A stretch of DNA of 64,000 bases, from the NCBI GenBank assembly GCA_965217585.1, contig OZ244561.1, positions 416,001-480,000 on the forward strand, read 5' to 3'. The notes under the pieces were generated by a model. The model did not search any database, had not been told where the DNA came from, and saw only the letters and a program-made list of their open reading frames with translations. The translations under genes were made by a program, and so were the position numbers. Positions 46,359 through 55,972 of the stretch are shown here, one piece after another (within the stretch, counting starts at the first letter, position 1; each line of letters begins with the position of its first letter). Source of the DNA: Candidatus Latescibacterota bacterium (lineage in GTDB: Bacteria > Latescibacterota > UBA2968 > UBA8231).

Positions 46359-47918
46359 TCAAGTAACGCCGCATTCATAAGGCCCCAAGTCCGGGTCGGT
46401 GTTGTGCACGCCGCGATAAGTACTCTTGCCCCGCAAGTAGCGCACCTCCAATTCCACGTCCCGCACATAGATGAGCGGCGTAGCCTCCGGGTCGCGCTCG
46501 TGCAGGGTGCCCTCCACGACGTTGTTGCCCCGCACCGGCCAGTGGGCCTCGTCCAGCCGGAAGACAAACCAGTAACTCGAATGCGAGCGGTAGCGCGGCG
46601 CAGTCATCTGATAGATGTGGTCGATCTTGCGCGTGATATGCGCTGGCAGCTCGTCCCCGTTCAGCTTGAAGCTGAGGCGGTCGCGGTCGGTGGCACGCAT
46701 CAGCCGTATCCGCAAAATCACCTCGTGGACCCGGCCCGCCGCTCCCCAGCGCGGCAGGTCGTCGCTGATGGGCAGGTCTAGGGCTACGGGCTGGTCGAGC
46801 GACAGCGAAGCCGGTAGCTGCATGACGAGTCCCGGGTCGGTCGTCGGCTGTGCGGCTGAACGCCCCGTGGGCGTGGGGATCGCGTAGATTTTGTCTTTGA
46901 CCGCCATCACGTCCGGATGCGGCAGCTCGCGGAGTTGCTCGTAGAAAGACGGGCCGTACGGCCAACTGCCGGCCCAGTGGATTAAGTTTAGCCCATCGAC
47001 GCCCTGTGCCCAGTAGTTGGTCGCGGCGGCGCGCACCATAGCAATGGGGGCCGCGCCCAGCCGGTCCGAATCCACGTTGTTGCGGATGACTCCGTGCACC
47101 CGACACTCCGCGTCTTGGGCCGCCGCGATCAGGGGCCGGAAATCCGCGGTCGCGTCAATCAGGGACATGGACGCGAAGTTCTCCGCCACCAAAACATCGG
47201 CAATCTCCTCGCGAATCCACGTTTCGGGGTCCAGACCAATGGACCGACAACCGGCGATACTAGTGGGGATGCGCAGGGCCAGTTCGCGGTCGGGGCCGCT
47301 TTGCTTGACAGCCTCGCGTACGCGCTGAAGCCAATCGGTGAAGATCCCCCGGCCGCGCTCTATGTCGTCCGAGTGGAAGAAGGCACCGCCGGCGTAGTGA
47401 TTGAGGTTGAGTTCAAAGCCATCCACCGGGTAGTTTTGCAGGGTTTCCGCAATCAGGGCCAAGCGCCGCTCGCGGACCTCGGGTCGCGCAAAATCGGCCA
47501 AAAGGGTATCGCCGATCCGCAAGCTCTCGCCTAAGTCGGCCTGCACCTGCAGCGAGGGGTAGATCAGCAGCCCCTTGGCCCGTGCGCGGTCGCAGACGAT
47601 GTGCAGCAGGTCGTGGCCTTCGGCGATGAGCTGTTGGGCGTTGCGATAGGCGCGCTGGAAGACGAGATGGTCCCAGTGGTGGTCGCCCCCCGGCCGAAAC
47701 TGAGCGGTGGCTGCCGCCTCTGGACCCCAGTGATCGGCCACTTGGGTGTTGTGCAAAAAGGCGTTGCCGAAGCCGAGATTGAAGACCAGGGCCTCAATCG
47801 GCGTTCCCAACAGTTCATCGACCGCAGCCTCGCACCCTTCTTGCGCGACGGGTGGCTCACACATGTAGAGCAAGGTGTGGCGCGAGTCGTTTTCAAACAT
47901 CAGACGGGGTTTGGGCAT
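46359..47918 (-). CDS. Glycoside-hydrolase-like (GHL10-type) TIM-barrel protein
   Basis: LMFENDSRH, DFARPEVRERRL, YPVDGFELN; colinear similarity to 17566..19017; AAAGGAGG RBS. Confidence 0.65.
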   Translation of the reverse strand: MPKPRLMFENDSRHTLLYMCEPPVAQEGCEAAVDELLGTPIEALVFNLGFGNAFLHNTQVADHWGPEAAATAQFRPGGDHHWDHLVFQRAYRNAQQLIAEGHDLLHIVCDRARAKGLLIYPSLQVQADLGESLRIGDTLLADFARPEVRERRLALIAETLQNYPVDGFELNLNHYAGGAFFHSDDIERGRGIFTDWLQRVREAVKQSGPDRELALRIPTSIAGCRSIGLDPETWIREEIADVLVAENFASMSLIDATADFRPLIAAAQDAECRVHGVIRNNVDSDRLGAAPIAMVRAAATNYWAQGVDGLNLIHWAGSWPYGPSFYEQLRELPHPDVMAVKDKIYAIPTPTGRSAAQPTTDPGLVMQLPASLSLDQPVALDLPISDDLPRWGAAGRVHEVILRIRLMRATDRDRLSFKLNGDELPAHITRKIDHIYQMTAPRYRSHSSYWFVFRLDEAHWPVRGNNVVEGTLHERDPEATPLIYVRDVELEVRYLRGKSTYRGVHNTDPDLGPYECGVT

Positions 47919-48102
47919 GAGTGCGTCCTCCTTTAGTCGTCTGGTCGGACAAACGACGGGGCGGTAATCGAATGTATTGTCGGCCGCTTGCTTTCTCTTG
48001 CGCTTTGAGATCCTGCACGATCAAATCCAAATCGTATCCGAACCGCGCCGCATGTTCTTGCCTAATTCGCCGCACTTCGGCGACGATCGGATCGTCTCTC
48101 AT
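47893..48102 (-). CDS. Small hypothetical protein of a type often found beside PIN toxins
   Basis: DDPIVAEVRRIRQEHAARFGYDL motif; 69 aa. Confidence 0.6.
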   Translation of the reverse strand: MRDDPIVAEVRRIRQEHAARFGYDLDLIVQDLKAQEKASGRQYIRLPPRRLSDQTTKGGRTHAQTPSDV

Positions 48103-48163
48103 AGCTCATCTTCCGCGTATTAAAAATTTAGATTATATACCTGAGTGCCCAACCCGGCAAACA

Positions 48164-48200
48164 GAAGCCCCCGGACCCTGATGTAGGGACCGGGGGCTTC
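48164..48200 (-). terminator. GC-rich hairpin, probable intrinsic terminator
   Basis: GAAGCCCCCGGACCCT-GATGT-AGGGACCGGGGGCTTC followed on the minus strand by TGTTT. Confidence 0.6.
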
Positions 48201-48245
48201 CTTGTGAAGGAGCCTTTAGTTTCGCTCCGAAATTCGCCGAGGCTT

Positions 48246-48875
48246 TTACCAGCCGGCCTTGAGGGCACCCCAACTGATGGGGGCCACGGCCGTAGCGCCG
48301 GCAGGACGGGTGTACACGCGGATGCGATCCATGCCGTCCCAATCTGAGGAAGAAAGAGAAAGCATCTTGCTTTTGAGTTGGTACGTGCCGGCGAAAGATA
48401 GCTGCTCTTTGAAAAAGACGACGGCGATGGTGGCGAGTTCCTCAAAGGCGGCGATATCCTCCTTGGAGATCGGTTCCTCTTCCTCAGCGGCCATCTCGCG
48501 GATCTGACGGATAAACTCAGCGGGCATTTCGGATATGGTGATCTCGGTACCGCCTTGAGAAGATATAGTGGCTTTTTCTAACTCCAACCACAGGCTGTCG
48601 CCAGCGGTATGCCAAGTGCCCGTCCCACCGTAGGTCACTAGTTGGCTGTCACCAGAGACAAACCAAAGGTTCGTCCCGCCGTAAGTCGCGGAATCGGCGA
48701 GGCCCACATCTTCGTCTGATTTCGCAAGCCAGTCGTCAAGGTCGTCGCCGAAGTAATAAACGCTCACCACATCGAGGTGGAAGGTACCGTCTTCTTTGAT
48801 GGTCAAGCGGCGGGTGGATCGCCCGGCCTGCGTGTAGTAGTGAACGGTGCCATTTTCAAGGGATAATTCCTCTAA
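48246..48875 (-). pseudogene. 5'-truncated paralog of 45551..46264 (SWGALK tail), cut at the IS4 element
   Basis: LEELSLENGTV..TQAGRSTRR..EDGTF, GTWHTAGDSLW and TAVAPISWGALK align with the paralog; signal peptide and start missing. Confidence 0.8.
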
Positions 48876-50060
48876 CCGACCAAGATCAAAGGAGAGTCTT
48901 ATGAGCAGCAGCGAACAGGTATATACTCGATTGATGAGTACGTTGCAAGCGATCGTGCCGGTATCGAATCGCAAACAGTTGGTCAACTGGGCTTGGCTTG
49001 CGGTGGCTATTTTCCAAGCGAAGTCGATTGCCTTGAGTCAGATCGCCGTTTTTCTGCCGGGTTCGGCCAAGGCCGAGTCGCGAGTGATGCGGCTGCGGCG
49101 TTGGTTGTCGAGTCAGCAGTGCTCGGTGTGGGCGCTGTATCGCCCGCTGCTTGTGCATGTGCTGGCCCCGTTTGCCGGGCGGGCGGTGTATGTGATCTTG
49201 GATGGGACGTTGGTGTTCGGCAATCGCATGCAGATTTTTCGGTTGTCATTGGTGCATAAGAATCGAGCCATTCCTCTGGTATGGAAGGTCATCCCGGGTA
49301 AAGGCAACACCCGCGTGTCGCAGTTGGAAGGCATGTGGACGCAAGCCGCTGAGGTGCTCAACGGGTCGGTCGGCTCGGTGACCTTGTTGGCGGATCGGGG
49401 CTTCCGGGATCATCACTGGACGGCCTTATGTCTACGGCTCGACTGGCAGTACGTCCTGCGCCTACCGGCCAACACCTGGGTGAACCTACCCGATGGGTGG
49501 AGCGGGCGCATCGATCAGTGGGCGGTGCCCCAAGGCCGTCGTCGCTTTTATCCACAGGTTACGCTCACGAAAAAGGCGACGCTGACCACCGCCCTGTCGG
49601 TGGGTTGGACCCACCCCACCGCCAAGCAACCCGCCGAGCGGATCGCCGTCCGCTCCGATCAACCCGCCGGCCCCGCCCGCCGGCGCGCCTATGGCAAACG
49701 GATGCTGATTGAGCAGAGCTTCAAAGAAGACCAATCCGGCGGCTTCGATCTGGATCATACCCGCTTGCTCAATCCCCAACGCCTCGAACGCCTGCTGCTG
49801 GCGGTGGCGTTGGCCACCTTGTGGGCGCACGAGTTGGGCGAATAGGTCCTCCGAGGAGGCCCCGCCCGCCGACAGACCATCGATGCGGGCACCCGGCGCG
49901 AACTGAGTCTGTTTCAATTGGGTCTCCGGTGGCTCAAACGGTGTATCGCCCTCCAACTCCAGCGCTTGCCAGCGTTCAAAGGACGGTTGGCACCCACGGG
50001 AATAAGAACCGTTGGTAAAACCAACACAGCCACCACAAAGTAAAAGTGTAAGGGAATCAG
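48876..50060 (+). mobile_element. Degenerate IS4-family (IS10-like) element
   Basis: Transposase remnant plus right end GTGTAAGGGAATCAG (reverse complement CTGATTCCCTTACAC); no matching left end found. Confidence 0.75.
48901..50043 (+). pseudogene. IS4-family DDE transposase with a premature TAG at 49843-49845
   Basis: VILDGT, LLADRGF, YGKRMLIEQSFKE (YREK-like); the frame continues past TAG into RRELSLFQLGLRWL up to TAA 50043. Confidence 0.85.
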
Positions 50061-50183
50061 AGAATGTACAATATCTACCTTTGGGAACAAATTGGGAACA
50101 AATTAAAAATTTGGTGCGAAAAACCTAACTCCATATTATTCCCCCGATTCCCCTAGTCAATCACCCCCACCCTAGGAATCCCC

Positions 50184-51272
50184 ATGATCGAACTCCGCGC
50201 CACTGGCCTCATCTACCGCGACTCCACGCTCCACGCCTGGCACCCGACCCTAGCGCTATTGCCCAACGGCGACTTACTGGTCGCCTACGACTTGGGCGAG
50301 ACTATCGGTGCCCTTGATTATTGTACCTATCTTGCGCGCTCGACCGATGGCGGCCGGTCGTGGAGCGAGCCGGTGGCCTTTTTCGCCGATCCCGTTGCCG
50401 CGACCGCTCGCCGCACTGTCCGCATCAGCACCTTGGCCGACGGGACCTTGATCGGCGCGGGACGGCGCAGCTATTGCCACCACCCCGAGACCAGCGGGTG
50501 GAATCCCCAGACGTACGGCGTAGAGCAAGGTGACTGGTTCGTGCTCCGCAGCCGCGACGGGACCCACTGGCACGGCCCGCAGGAGATCGAGCCGCCGCTA
50601 GCTGGCCCCTACGAGGTCTGCCACGCCTTTGTCGAAACCGGCGACGGCCGGCTGCTCCTGCCCACGGGCCTGTTGCGGACCTGGGAAGGAGACGCGCCCG
50701 ACGGACTCAAGGCCTTGGCGTTAGTCTCTGGCGACCAAGGCCAGACTTGGCCCGAATATATCGAGCTATTCGCCGATCCCCAAGGCGAGGTAATCTACCA
50801 CGAGGTCAGTCTGGTGGAATTGGAGGGTGGACGGCTCCTCGCGGTGGCGTGGCCTTTTAACTCGGTGGTAGGCCAGACCGTGATAAAGGTGCCCTACGCG
50901 ATAGCGCCGGACGGCAGGACGTTCAGCATCCGCGGCTCGACCGAAATCGCTGGCGAGACGACCAAGTTGCTGCACTTGGGAGGCGACCGGCTCCTGTGCC
51001 TGATGCGCCGCACTGACGCGGCTGGCCTGTGGGCGGTGCTCGCCCAGATACAAGGAGACGAGTGGGTCCACCTCACAGAAGCCCCCTTGTGGCAAGGCGC
51101 GGCGTCGCGGATGCAGGGCGAGCGCGACGCCGCTACCGAGCTGGCCGAACTGCACTTTGGCTTCCCGAACCTCTTGCACCTGCCCGATGGCGACGTGCTG
51201 GCGGCCTTCTGGTGCCGCGAGGACCACATTCACAACATCCGCTGGCTGCGGATTAGCGTAGCGGACCACTAG
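50184..51272 (+). CDS. Sialidase-family (BNR) protein
   Basis: STDGGRSW, SRDGTHW, SGDQGQTW Asp-boxes; FGFPNLLHLPDGDVLAAFWC. Confidence 0.75.
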   Translation: MIELRATGLIYRDSTLHAWHPTLALLPNGDLLVAYDLGETIGALDYCTYLARSTDGGRSWSEPVAFFADPVAATARRTVRISTLADGTLIGAGRRSYCHHPETSGWNPQTYGVEQGDWFVLRSRDGTHWHGPQEIEPPLAGPYEVCHAFVETGDGRLLLPTGLLRTWEGDAPDGLKALALVSGDQGQTWPEYIELFADPQGEVIYHEVSLVELEGGRLLAVAWPFNSVVGQTVIKVPYAIAPDGRTFSIRGSTEIAGETTKLLHLGGDRLLCLMRRTDAAGLWAVLAQIQGDEWVHLTEAPLWQGAASRMQGERDAATELAELHFGFPNLLHLPDGDVLAAFWCREDHIHNIRWLRISVADH

Positions 51273-51281
51273 GAGACCACC

Positions 51282-53453
51282 ATGCACATCGGCGACCAAT
51301 GGATGCAGTTGCGCAGCCGCGACAAAGCCCTCGATCAGGCATTCGCCCGGCCCTTTCCGGTCGGCGTCGAATACTACCGCCCGCCCGTGCCGCCGCCGCA
51401 GTACTGGGACGAGGACTTTCGCCGGATTAGCGCCGCCGGACTGAGCATCGTCCGCGTCTGGTACTCCTGGGACTGGGTCGAGACCCTGCCCAACCACTAC
51501 GAGTTCGACGATCTGGACCGGCTTTTCGACCTAGCCGCCCAACACGGTCTAAAAGTCTGGGTCGATACCCCGCTGGGCACCCATATGGCCTGCCCGGCCT
51601 GGATGCTGCGCTCCCACCCGGACATGCGGATCGTCCGCCGCGATGGCAGTGTGCAACAGAATACGACCGGCGCGTTTGCTGCACACGGAGCGATGACCCA
51701 CAACTTCGACCACCCGATGTGGCGGGTTTACGTCGAGCGCTATCTGCGCCAATTTGTGCCGCGCTACAAAGATCACCAAGCCTTGGGCGTCTGGGGCACT
51801 TGGGATGGCATTGGCTACGCTGGCGCGTGGACGGCCCCTGAGCCGTATCCCCCCTACAACGACTATACCATTGCCAAGTACAAAGACTGGCTCCACCGGA
51901 ACTACACGCTCGACGCGCTCAACGAGCGGCTGCTGCGCCGCTACCGCTCGTGGGAGGATGTCGATGCGCCGCGCAGCAAGGCCGCGCCGGTGGAGATGAG
52001 GCTGTATTTGCAGTTTCACCGCGAGAACATGGCCGACCACTTAGGCTGGATGGCCGACTTGATTGACCGGCTCGATGGGACGCACGAGCAGCGTTCGCAC
52101 GGCGGCTCGTATCCAGCACCCCACCACGAGACAGTCAGTCCGCAGATCGACAGTTGGGGCCTCTCGCACCACTCGTCCAACCGGCTGACCACTGACGAGC
52201 CGTACAGTATCGCCTGCGAGGCCTATGGTTTCCAGTGGTGCCGCGCAATAGGTCGCAACAATCGGTGGTGGAACGAAGAGATCTACGGCAGCTTCGTCGG
52301 TGGGCTGCATCCGACCGAGAAGAAGACCTTGGGCCAAGAGTCGGCTCTCTATATCTGGCTGACCCTGATCGAGGGCGGTGCCGGGGCCATGTTCTGGCAG
52401 TATCGGCCGGAGTACATGACCTACGAAGCGCCCGGACTCAATATCGCCGCACTCGACGGCGAGCCGACCGAGCGGCTCCACGCGGCAACGACGACCATCG
52501 CCCAGATCGACCGCATCGCCGCCCACCTGCCGCTCGCCATTCCGCGGGCCGATGTGGCCATTGCCTACAGTGGCCCGAGCGACGACGCATTTGATTTTAA
52601 CGACCACGGCGTCCAGTTCATCCAGCACCACCGTGCGCTCTACCGCGCCCTGTGGGCACAGAGCGTGGCGATGGACCTAGTGACCCCGGCGATGGACTGG
52701 TCCGAGTACGCGCTGGTTTACCTGCCACACTTCGCGGTCCTCGACGAGGTGGCCATCGCCCGCCTGCGCGGCCTGCTGCAAGCGGCCGACGGGCCCCACC
52801 TCGTAGCCGACGGCTACTTTGGCACCTTTGCCGGCAAGGGCCACTGGAGCTTCAAGCCGCCCGAGGGTCTCAGCGACCTCATCGACTGCCGGATCGCCGA
52901 TTTTGATGTCGTCGCCGATTTCGATGTCCGGGCTGGCAAAAACGTCGTGCAGATGGAGTGCGGCACCTTTGCCCTGCCTGCGGGGACAACCTATTCAATC
53001 ATAGAACCTCAAGGCGACACTGCACCCATCGCTACCATCGGCGACGAAGTGGTTGGGGTGCGCTCGGCCGACGGGCGCTTCACTTGGTATGGGTTTGCGC
53101 TTTCGGCCACAGCCTCGTCGGAAGTAACCGGGCAACCGGGGGCACCAGCGCCGGTGGGGCTGGTGCACGACGAGGTAGCGGCCGCGCTACTGGCAACCGC
53201 AGGCGTCGAGCCGTGGTTTGAGCTTACCGGTGACCGCGTCGTCGCCTTCCGTCGCCGCTCGCGACAGGGTGGGTCGCTGATCTTCGCACTCAACGTAGAA
53301 AGGCGCACAGCGCAGGTGCGGGTGCAGCCGCGTTGGCAGATAGGCGCGGCCCGCGACCTGCTAGGGGAACGAGATCTCGCTCTCTACGACGGAGCCTTTG
53401 AGCTGACGCTAGGGTTTGGCGAGGTGGCGGTGATACACTGTGCGGATATCTGA
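51282..53453 (+). CDS. GH42-like beta-galactosidase with trimerisation domain
   Basis: GVEYYRPP, WDWVE...YEFDDLDRLFDLA..HGLKV, PAWM...HPD, GAMFWQYR; catalytic residues look divergent. Confidence 0.75.
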   Translation: MHIGDQWMQLRSRDKALDQAFARPFPVGVEYYRPPVPPPQYWDEDFRRISAAGLSIVRVWYSWDWVETLPNHYEFDDLDRLFDLAAQHGLKVWVDTPLGTHMACPAWMLRSHPDMRIVRRDGSVQQNTTGAFAAHGAMTHNFDHPMWRVYVERYLRQFVPRYKDHQALGVWGTWDGIGYAGAWTAPEPYPPYNDYTIAKYKDWLHRNYTLDALNERLLRRYRSWEDVDAPRSKAAPVEMRLYLQFHRENMADHLGWMADLIDRLDGTHEQRSHGGSYPAPHHETVSPQIDSWGLSHHSSNRLTTDEPYSIACEAYGFQWCRAIGRNNRWWNEEIYGSFVGGLHPTEKKTLGQESALYIWLTLIEGGAGAMFWQYRPEYMTYEAPGLNIAALDGEPTERLHAATTTIAQIDRIAAHLPLAIPRADVAIAYSGPSDDAFDFNDHGVQFIQHHRALYRALWAQSVAMDLVTPAMDWSEYALVYLPHFAVLDEVAIARLRGLLQAADGPHLVADGYFGTFAGKGHWSFKPPEGLSDLIDCRIADFDVVADFDVRAGKNVVQMECGTFALPAGTTYSIIEPQGDTAPIATIGDEVVGVRSADGRFTWYGFALSATASSEVTGQPGAPAPVGLVHDEVAAALLATAGVEPWFELTGDRVVAFRRRSRQGGSLIFALNVERRTAQVRVQPRWQIGAARDLLGERDLALYDGAFELTLGFGEVAVIHCADI

Positions 53454-53526
53454 TCCGTCTCAGAGCGGAAGAGACGAGCTATGGCAATTGAACCGCGAGC
53501 AATTCTTAGAGGACGAATTTCTCGTC

Positions 53527-54423
53527 TCAGAGGGGATTTATCAGCCCGATGGCATCCAAGACGGCACCGATCTTCTCCACCTCCTCGTCAGTGGCCGTAA
53601 CCATGGGCGGGCGCAACCAGCGCGAGGCAATACCGTTGAGTTCAAGCGCGGTGCGCCACACAGCCTGGCCGCCGCCTAGTACATCTGTGGCCACTCCCCA
53701 GAAGGGTTCTTCGATTTGGGTGATGATAGTCTGGGCCGTTTTGGCGTCGCCGTCTTGGAAGGCCCGCCAGTAGCTTTGTGCTACGTGGGGAGCAAACGAA
53801 GATGGATAGCAAAAGAAGGCGCGGATGCCGCAAGGCCATTGTGCGAAATTGCGCCATAGGCCCCCGCCGGTCATGAATTTCCACCGATCTCCATAGCGGC
53901 GCATAGTCGCCTTCGCGTATTCGAGTGTGCCGTCTTCTTTGAAGGCGCAGATGTTGAGCGCGTCGAGTAGCTCGTCGAGGATTTCATAGGGAGGACACCC
54001 CACCAACATCAGGGGCATGACTCGGGCTACTTTGCGGTATTGGACGACCTTACCCTGCGGTTGGGCTTGTTCCGGTGGCAGCACCATCAGCACGTCGGCT
54101 CCCCAACTGCGACAATACTCGGCGAATTGGACTGCCCGGTCGTCTGGCCAGCGCCGAGTAGCCGCCACCGCCAACGCCCGTCCTGCGACCCGGTCAACTA
54201 AAAAGCGGGTAAGCTGGGCGACCTCTTCGTCGCTAAGGAACTCGAACTGGCTGTCCCCATAGGTCAGCAAGCTAACCTGACTGCCGCTGGCGATGCCGAT
54301 GTCGATTATGTGGCCGATGCCCTCCCAGTCTAGCTGGCCGTTGGGTAAGAAGGTGGTGGGGATGGAGTTGACCGGGCCCTCGAGTAAGTTTTTGATCTCG
54401 TCCGGCGTCTTGGCTGATGGCAT
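53527..54423 (-). CDS. Dihydrodipicolinate synthase-family aldolase/lyase
   Basis: SIPTTF..GQLDW, TYGDSQFEFLSDEE, GADVLMVLPP, ICAFKED (Schiff-base Lys); AAAGGAG RBS before 54423. Confidence 0.8.
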   Translation of the reverse strand: MPSAKTPDEIKNLLEGPVNSIPTTFLPNGQLDWEGIGHIIDIGIASGSQVSLLTYGDSQFEFLSDEEVAQLTRFLVDRVAGRALAVAATRRWPDDRAVQFAEYCRSWGADVLMVLPPEQAQPQGKVVQYRKVARVMPLMLVGCPPYEILDELLDALNICAFKEDGTLEYAKATMRRYGDRWKFMTGGGLWRNFAQWPCGIRAFFCYPSSFAPHVAQSYWRAFQDGDAKTAQTIITQIEEPFWGVATDVLGGGQAVWRTALELNGIASRWLRPPMVTATDEEVEKIGAVLDAIGLINPL

Positions 54424-54582
54424 GGCACACTCCTTTCGCGAATAAAGGTAGAGGAAAAGCCCAGTACCCTCCAGCCTAAGACCTCCCAAGCAGGCATTGC
54501 TCAGAGTACTGCGAGATACCAGATTATGCGGTGGCCTTGTGCCGCTCGCGCAATACCACCCAAACGCCGCTGTTAGCTAAAC

Positions 54583-55872
54583 ATGAATGCCGATTCGCTC
54601 GAGATACAACCCTTACAAAAGCCACTCGACGCCGTGGTCTCCGTACCCGGTTCCAAAAGCTACACCAACCGGGCGTTGCTAGTTGCGGCACTAGCCAATG
54701 GGGAATCGCACCTTACGGGCGCACTCTTTAGCGACGATACCGACTACATGGTCCAAGCATTGCGCAAACTCGGCGTCTCCATAGAGGCCGATCCAAAGGC
54801 AGCCAGCTTTGCGGTCGCAGGCAACGGCGGACGGATTCCCGTCGATGGTGCCGAGCTGTACATCGGCAATTCAGGCACTACTTCGCGGTCGATCACGAGC
54901 TATGTCGCTCTCGGCAATGGGATCTTCATCATCGACGGCGACGCACCCATGCGCCAGAGCCGACCAATGGCCGATCTGCTCGACGCGCTCGGCCAACTCG
55001 GGATTGATGCACGCTCGCGCTTTGCCAACGGATGCCTGCCAGTAGAGGTGCGAGCCAAGGGGTTCAGAGGCGGAAAAACCCAGCTCGACGCCAGCAAAAG
55101 TAGCCAGTTCCTCACCTCGCTGCTGCTCGTCGCCCCTTACGCCGACAACTGCTTGGAAATCGAGATGGTCGGCGAGTTTAAGACCGAATATATCGACATC
55201 ACTATGGCGGTAATGCAGGCATTTGGGATCGAGGTAGAACACGACGATTACCGGCGTTTTCGCGTAGCCGGCGGTCAATGCTATAAGCCCCGCGCCTACG
55301 CTATTGAGCCGGATGCCTCCAACGCCTCGTATTTCTTTGCTGCCGCTGCGCTCAACGGCGGCCGGGTGCGCGTAGCCGACATTGCCGCCGACTCAGCCCA
55401 AGGCGATATCCATTTCGTCGATGTGCTCGAAAAAATGGGATGCACGGTCAACCGCTATGCCCACGGAGTCGAGGTAATCGGACCGGACCAACTCAGGGGA
55501 ATAGACGTCGATATGAAGGCCATATCGGATACCTCGCTGACGCTGGCCGCGATCGCACCTTTTGCCAAGGATCCAGTGCGCATCCGCAACATCGAGCACA
55601 CGCGCTGGCAGGAGACCGACCGGATTGCCGCTATGGTCGCCCAACTGCGTCGTCTCGGCGTGAAAGTAGAAGAACACAGAGATGGCGTTACTATCGCGCC
55701 GTCTAAGCCCAAAAGTAGCACCATCGATACTTATAAGGATCACCGAGTGGCTATGAGTTTTGCCCTAGTCGGACTGCGAGTGCCCGGAATCCGCATCAAC
55801 GATCCAATCTGCGTCGGCAAAACCTTTCCGACATACTTCGACGTCTGGGATCAGATAAGAGGATCGACGTGA
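54583..55872 (+). CDS. aroA: 3-phosphoshikimate 1-carboxyvinyltransferase (EPSP synthase)
   Basis: PGSKSYTNRALL, GNSGTT.R, SSQFLTSLL, EPDASNASYF, ETDRI, DHRVAMSF, KTFPTYF. Confidence 0.97.
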   Translation: MNADSLEIQPLQKPLDAVVSVPGSKSYTNRALLVAALANGESHLTGALFSDDTDYMVQALRKLGVSIEADPKAASFAVAGNGGRIPVDGAELYIGNSGTTSRSITSYVALGNGIFIIDGDAPMRQSRPMADLLDALGQLGIDARSRFANGCLPVEVRAKGFRGGKTQLDASKSSQFLTSLLLVAPYADNCLEIEMVGEFKTEYIDITMAVMQAFGIEVEHDDYRRFRVAGGQCYKPRAYAIEPDASNASYFFAAAALNGGRVRVADIAADSAQGDIHFVDVLEKMGCTVNRYAHGVEVIGPDQLRGIDVDMKAISDTSLTLAAIAPFAKDPVRIRNIEHTRWQETDRIAAMVAQLRRLGVKVEEHRDGVTIAPSKPKSSTIDTYKDHRVAMSFALVGLRVPGIRINDPICVGKTFPTYFDVWDQIRGST

Positions 55873-55901
55873 GAGGAAAGCGGCGCTAGTGGGGAACGGT
55901 C

Positions 55902-55954
55902 GAAGCACAGGTTGCCCTACCGGTCCGGTTTACCGGTAGGGCAACCTGTGCTTC
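55902..55954. terminator. Perfect 23-bp inverted repeat between convergent genes (bidirectional terminator or REP-like)
   Basis: GAAGCACAGGTTGCCCTACCGGT-CCGGTTT-ACCGGTAGGGCAACCTGTGCTTC. Confidence 0.75.
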
Positions 55955-55972
55955 TTACCGTTTGAAGGGTGC

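Noticed and set aside
46265-46567. N-terminal extension of ORF 45551..46567
   Set aside because: It overlaps the upstream gene; the signal peptide begins at 46264
49843-49845. Amber recoding or read-through in the IS4 transposase
   Set aside because: TAG is an ordinary stop for many genes here (for example those ending at 2377, 3609, 17397 and 37113) and the element shows other signs of decay
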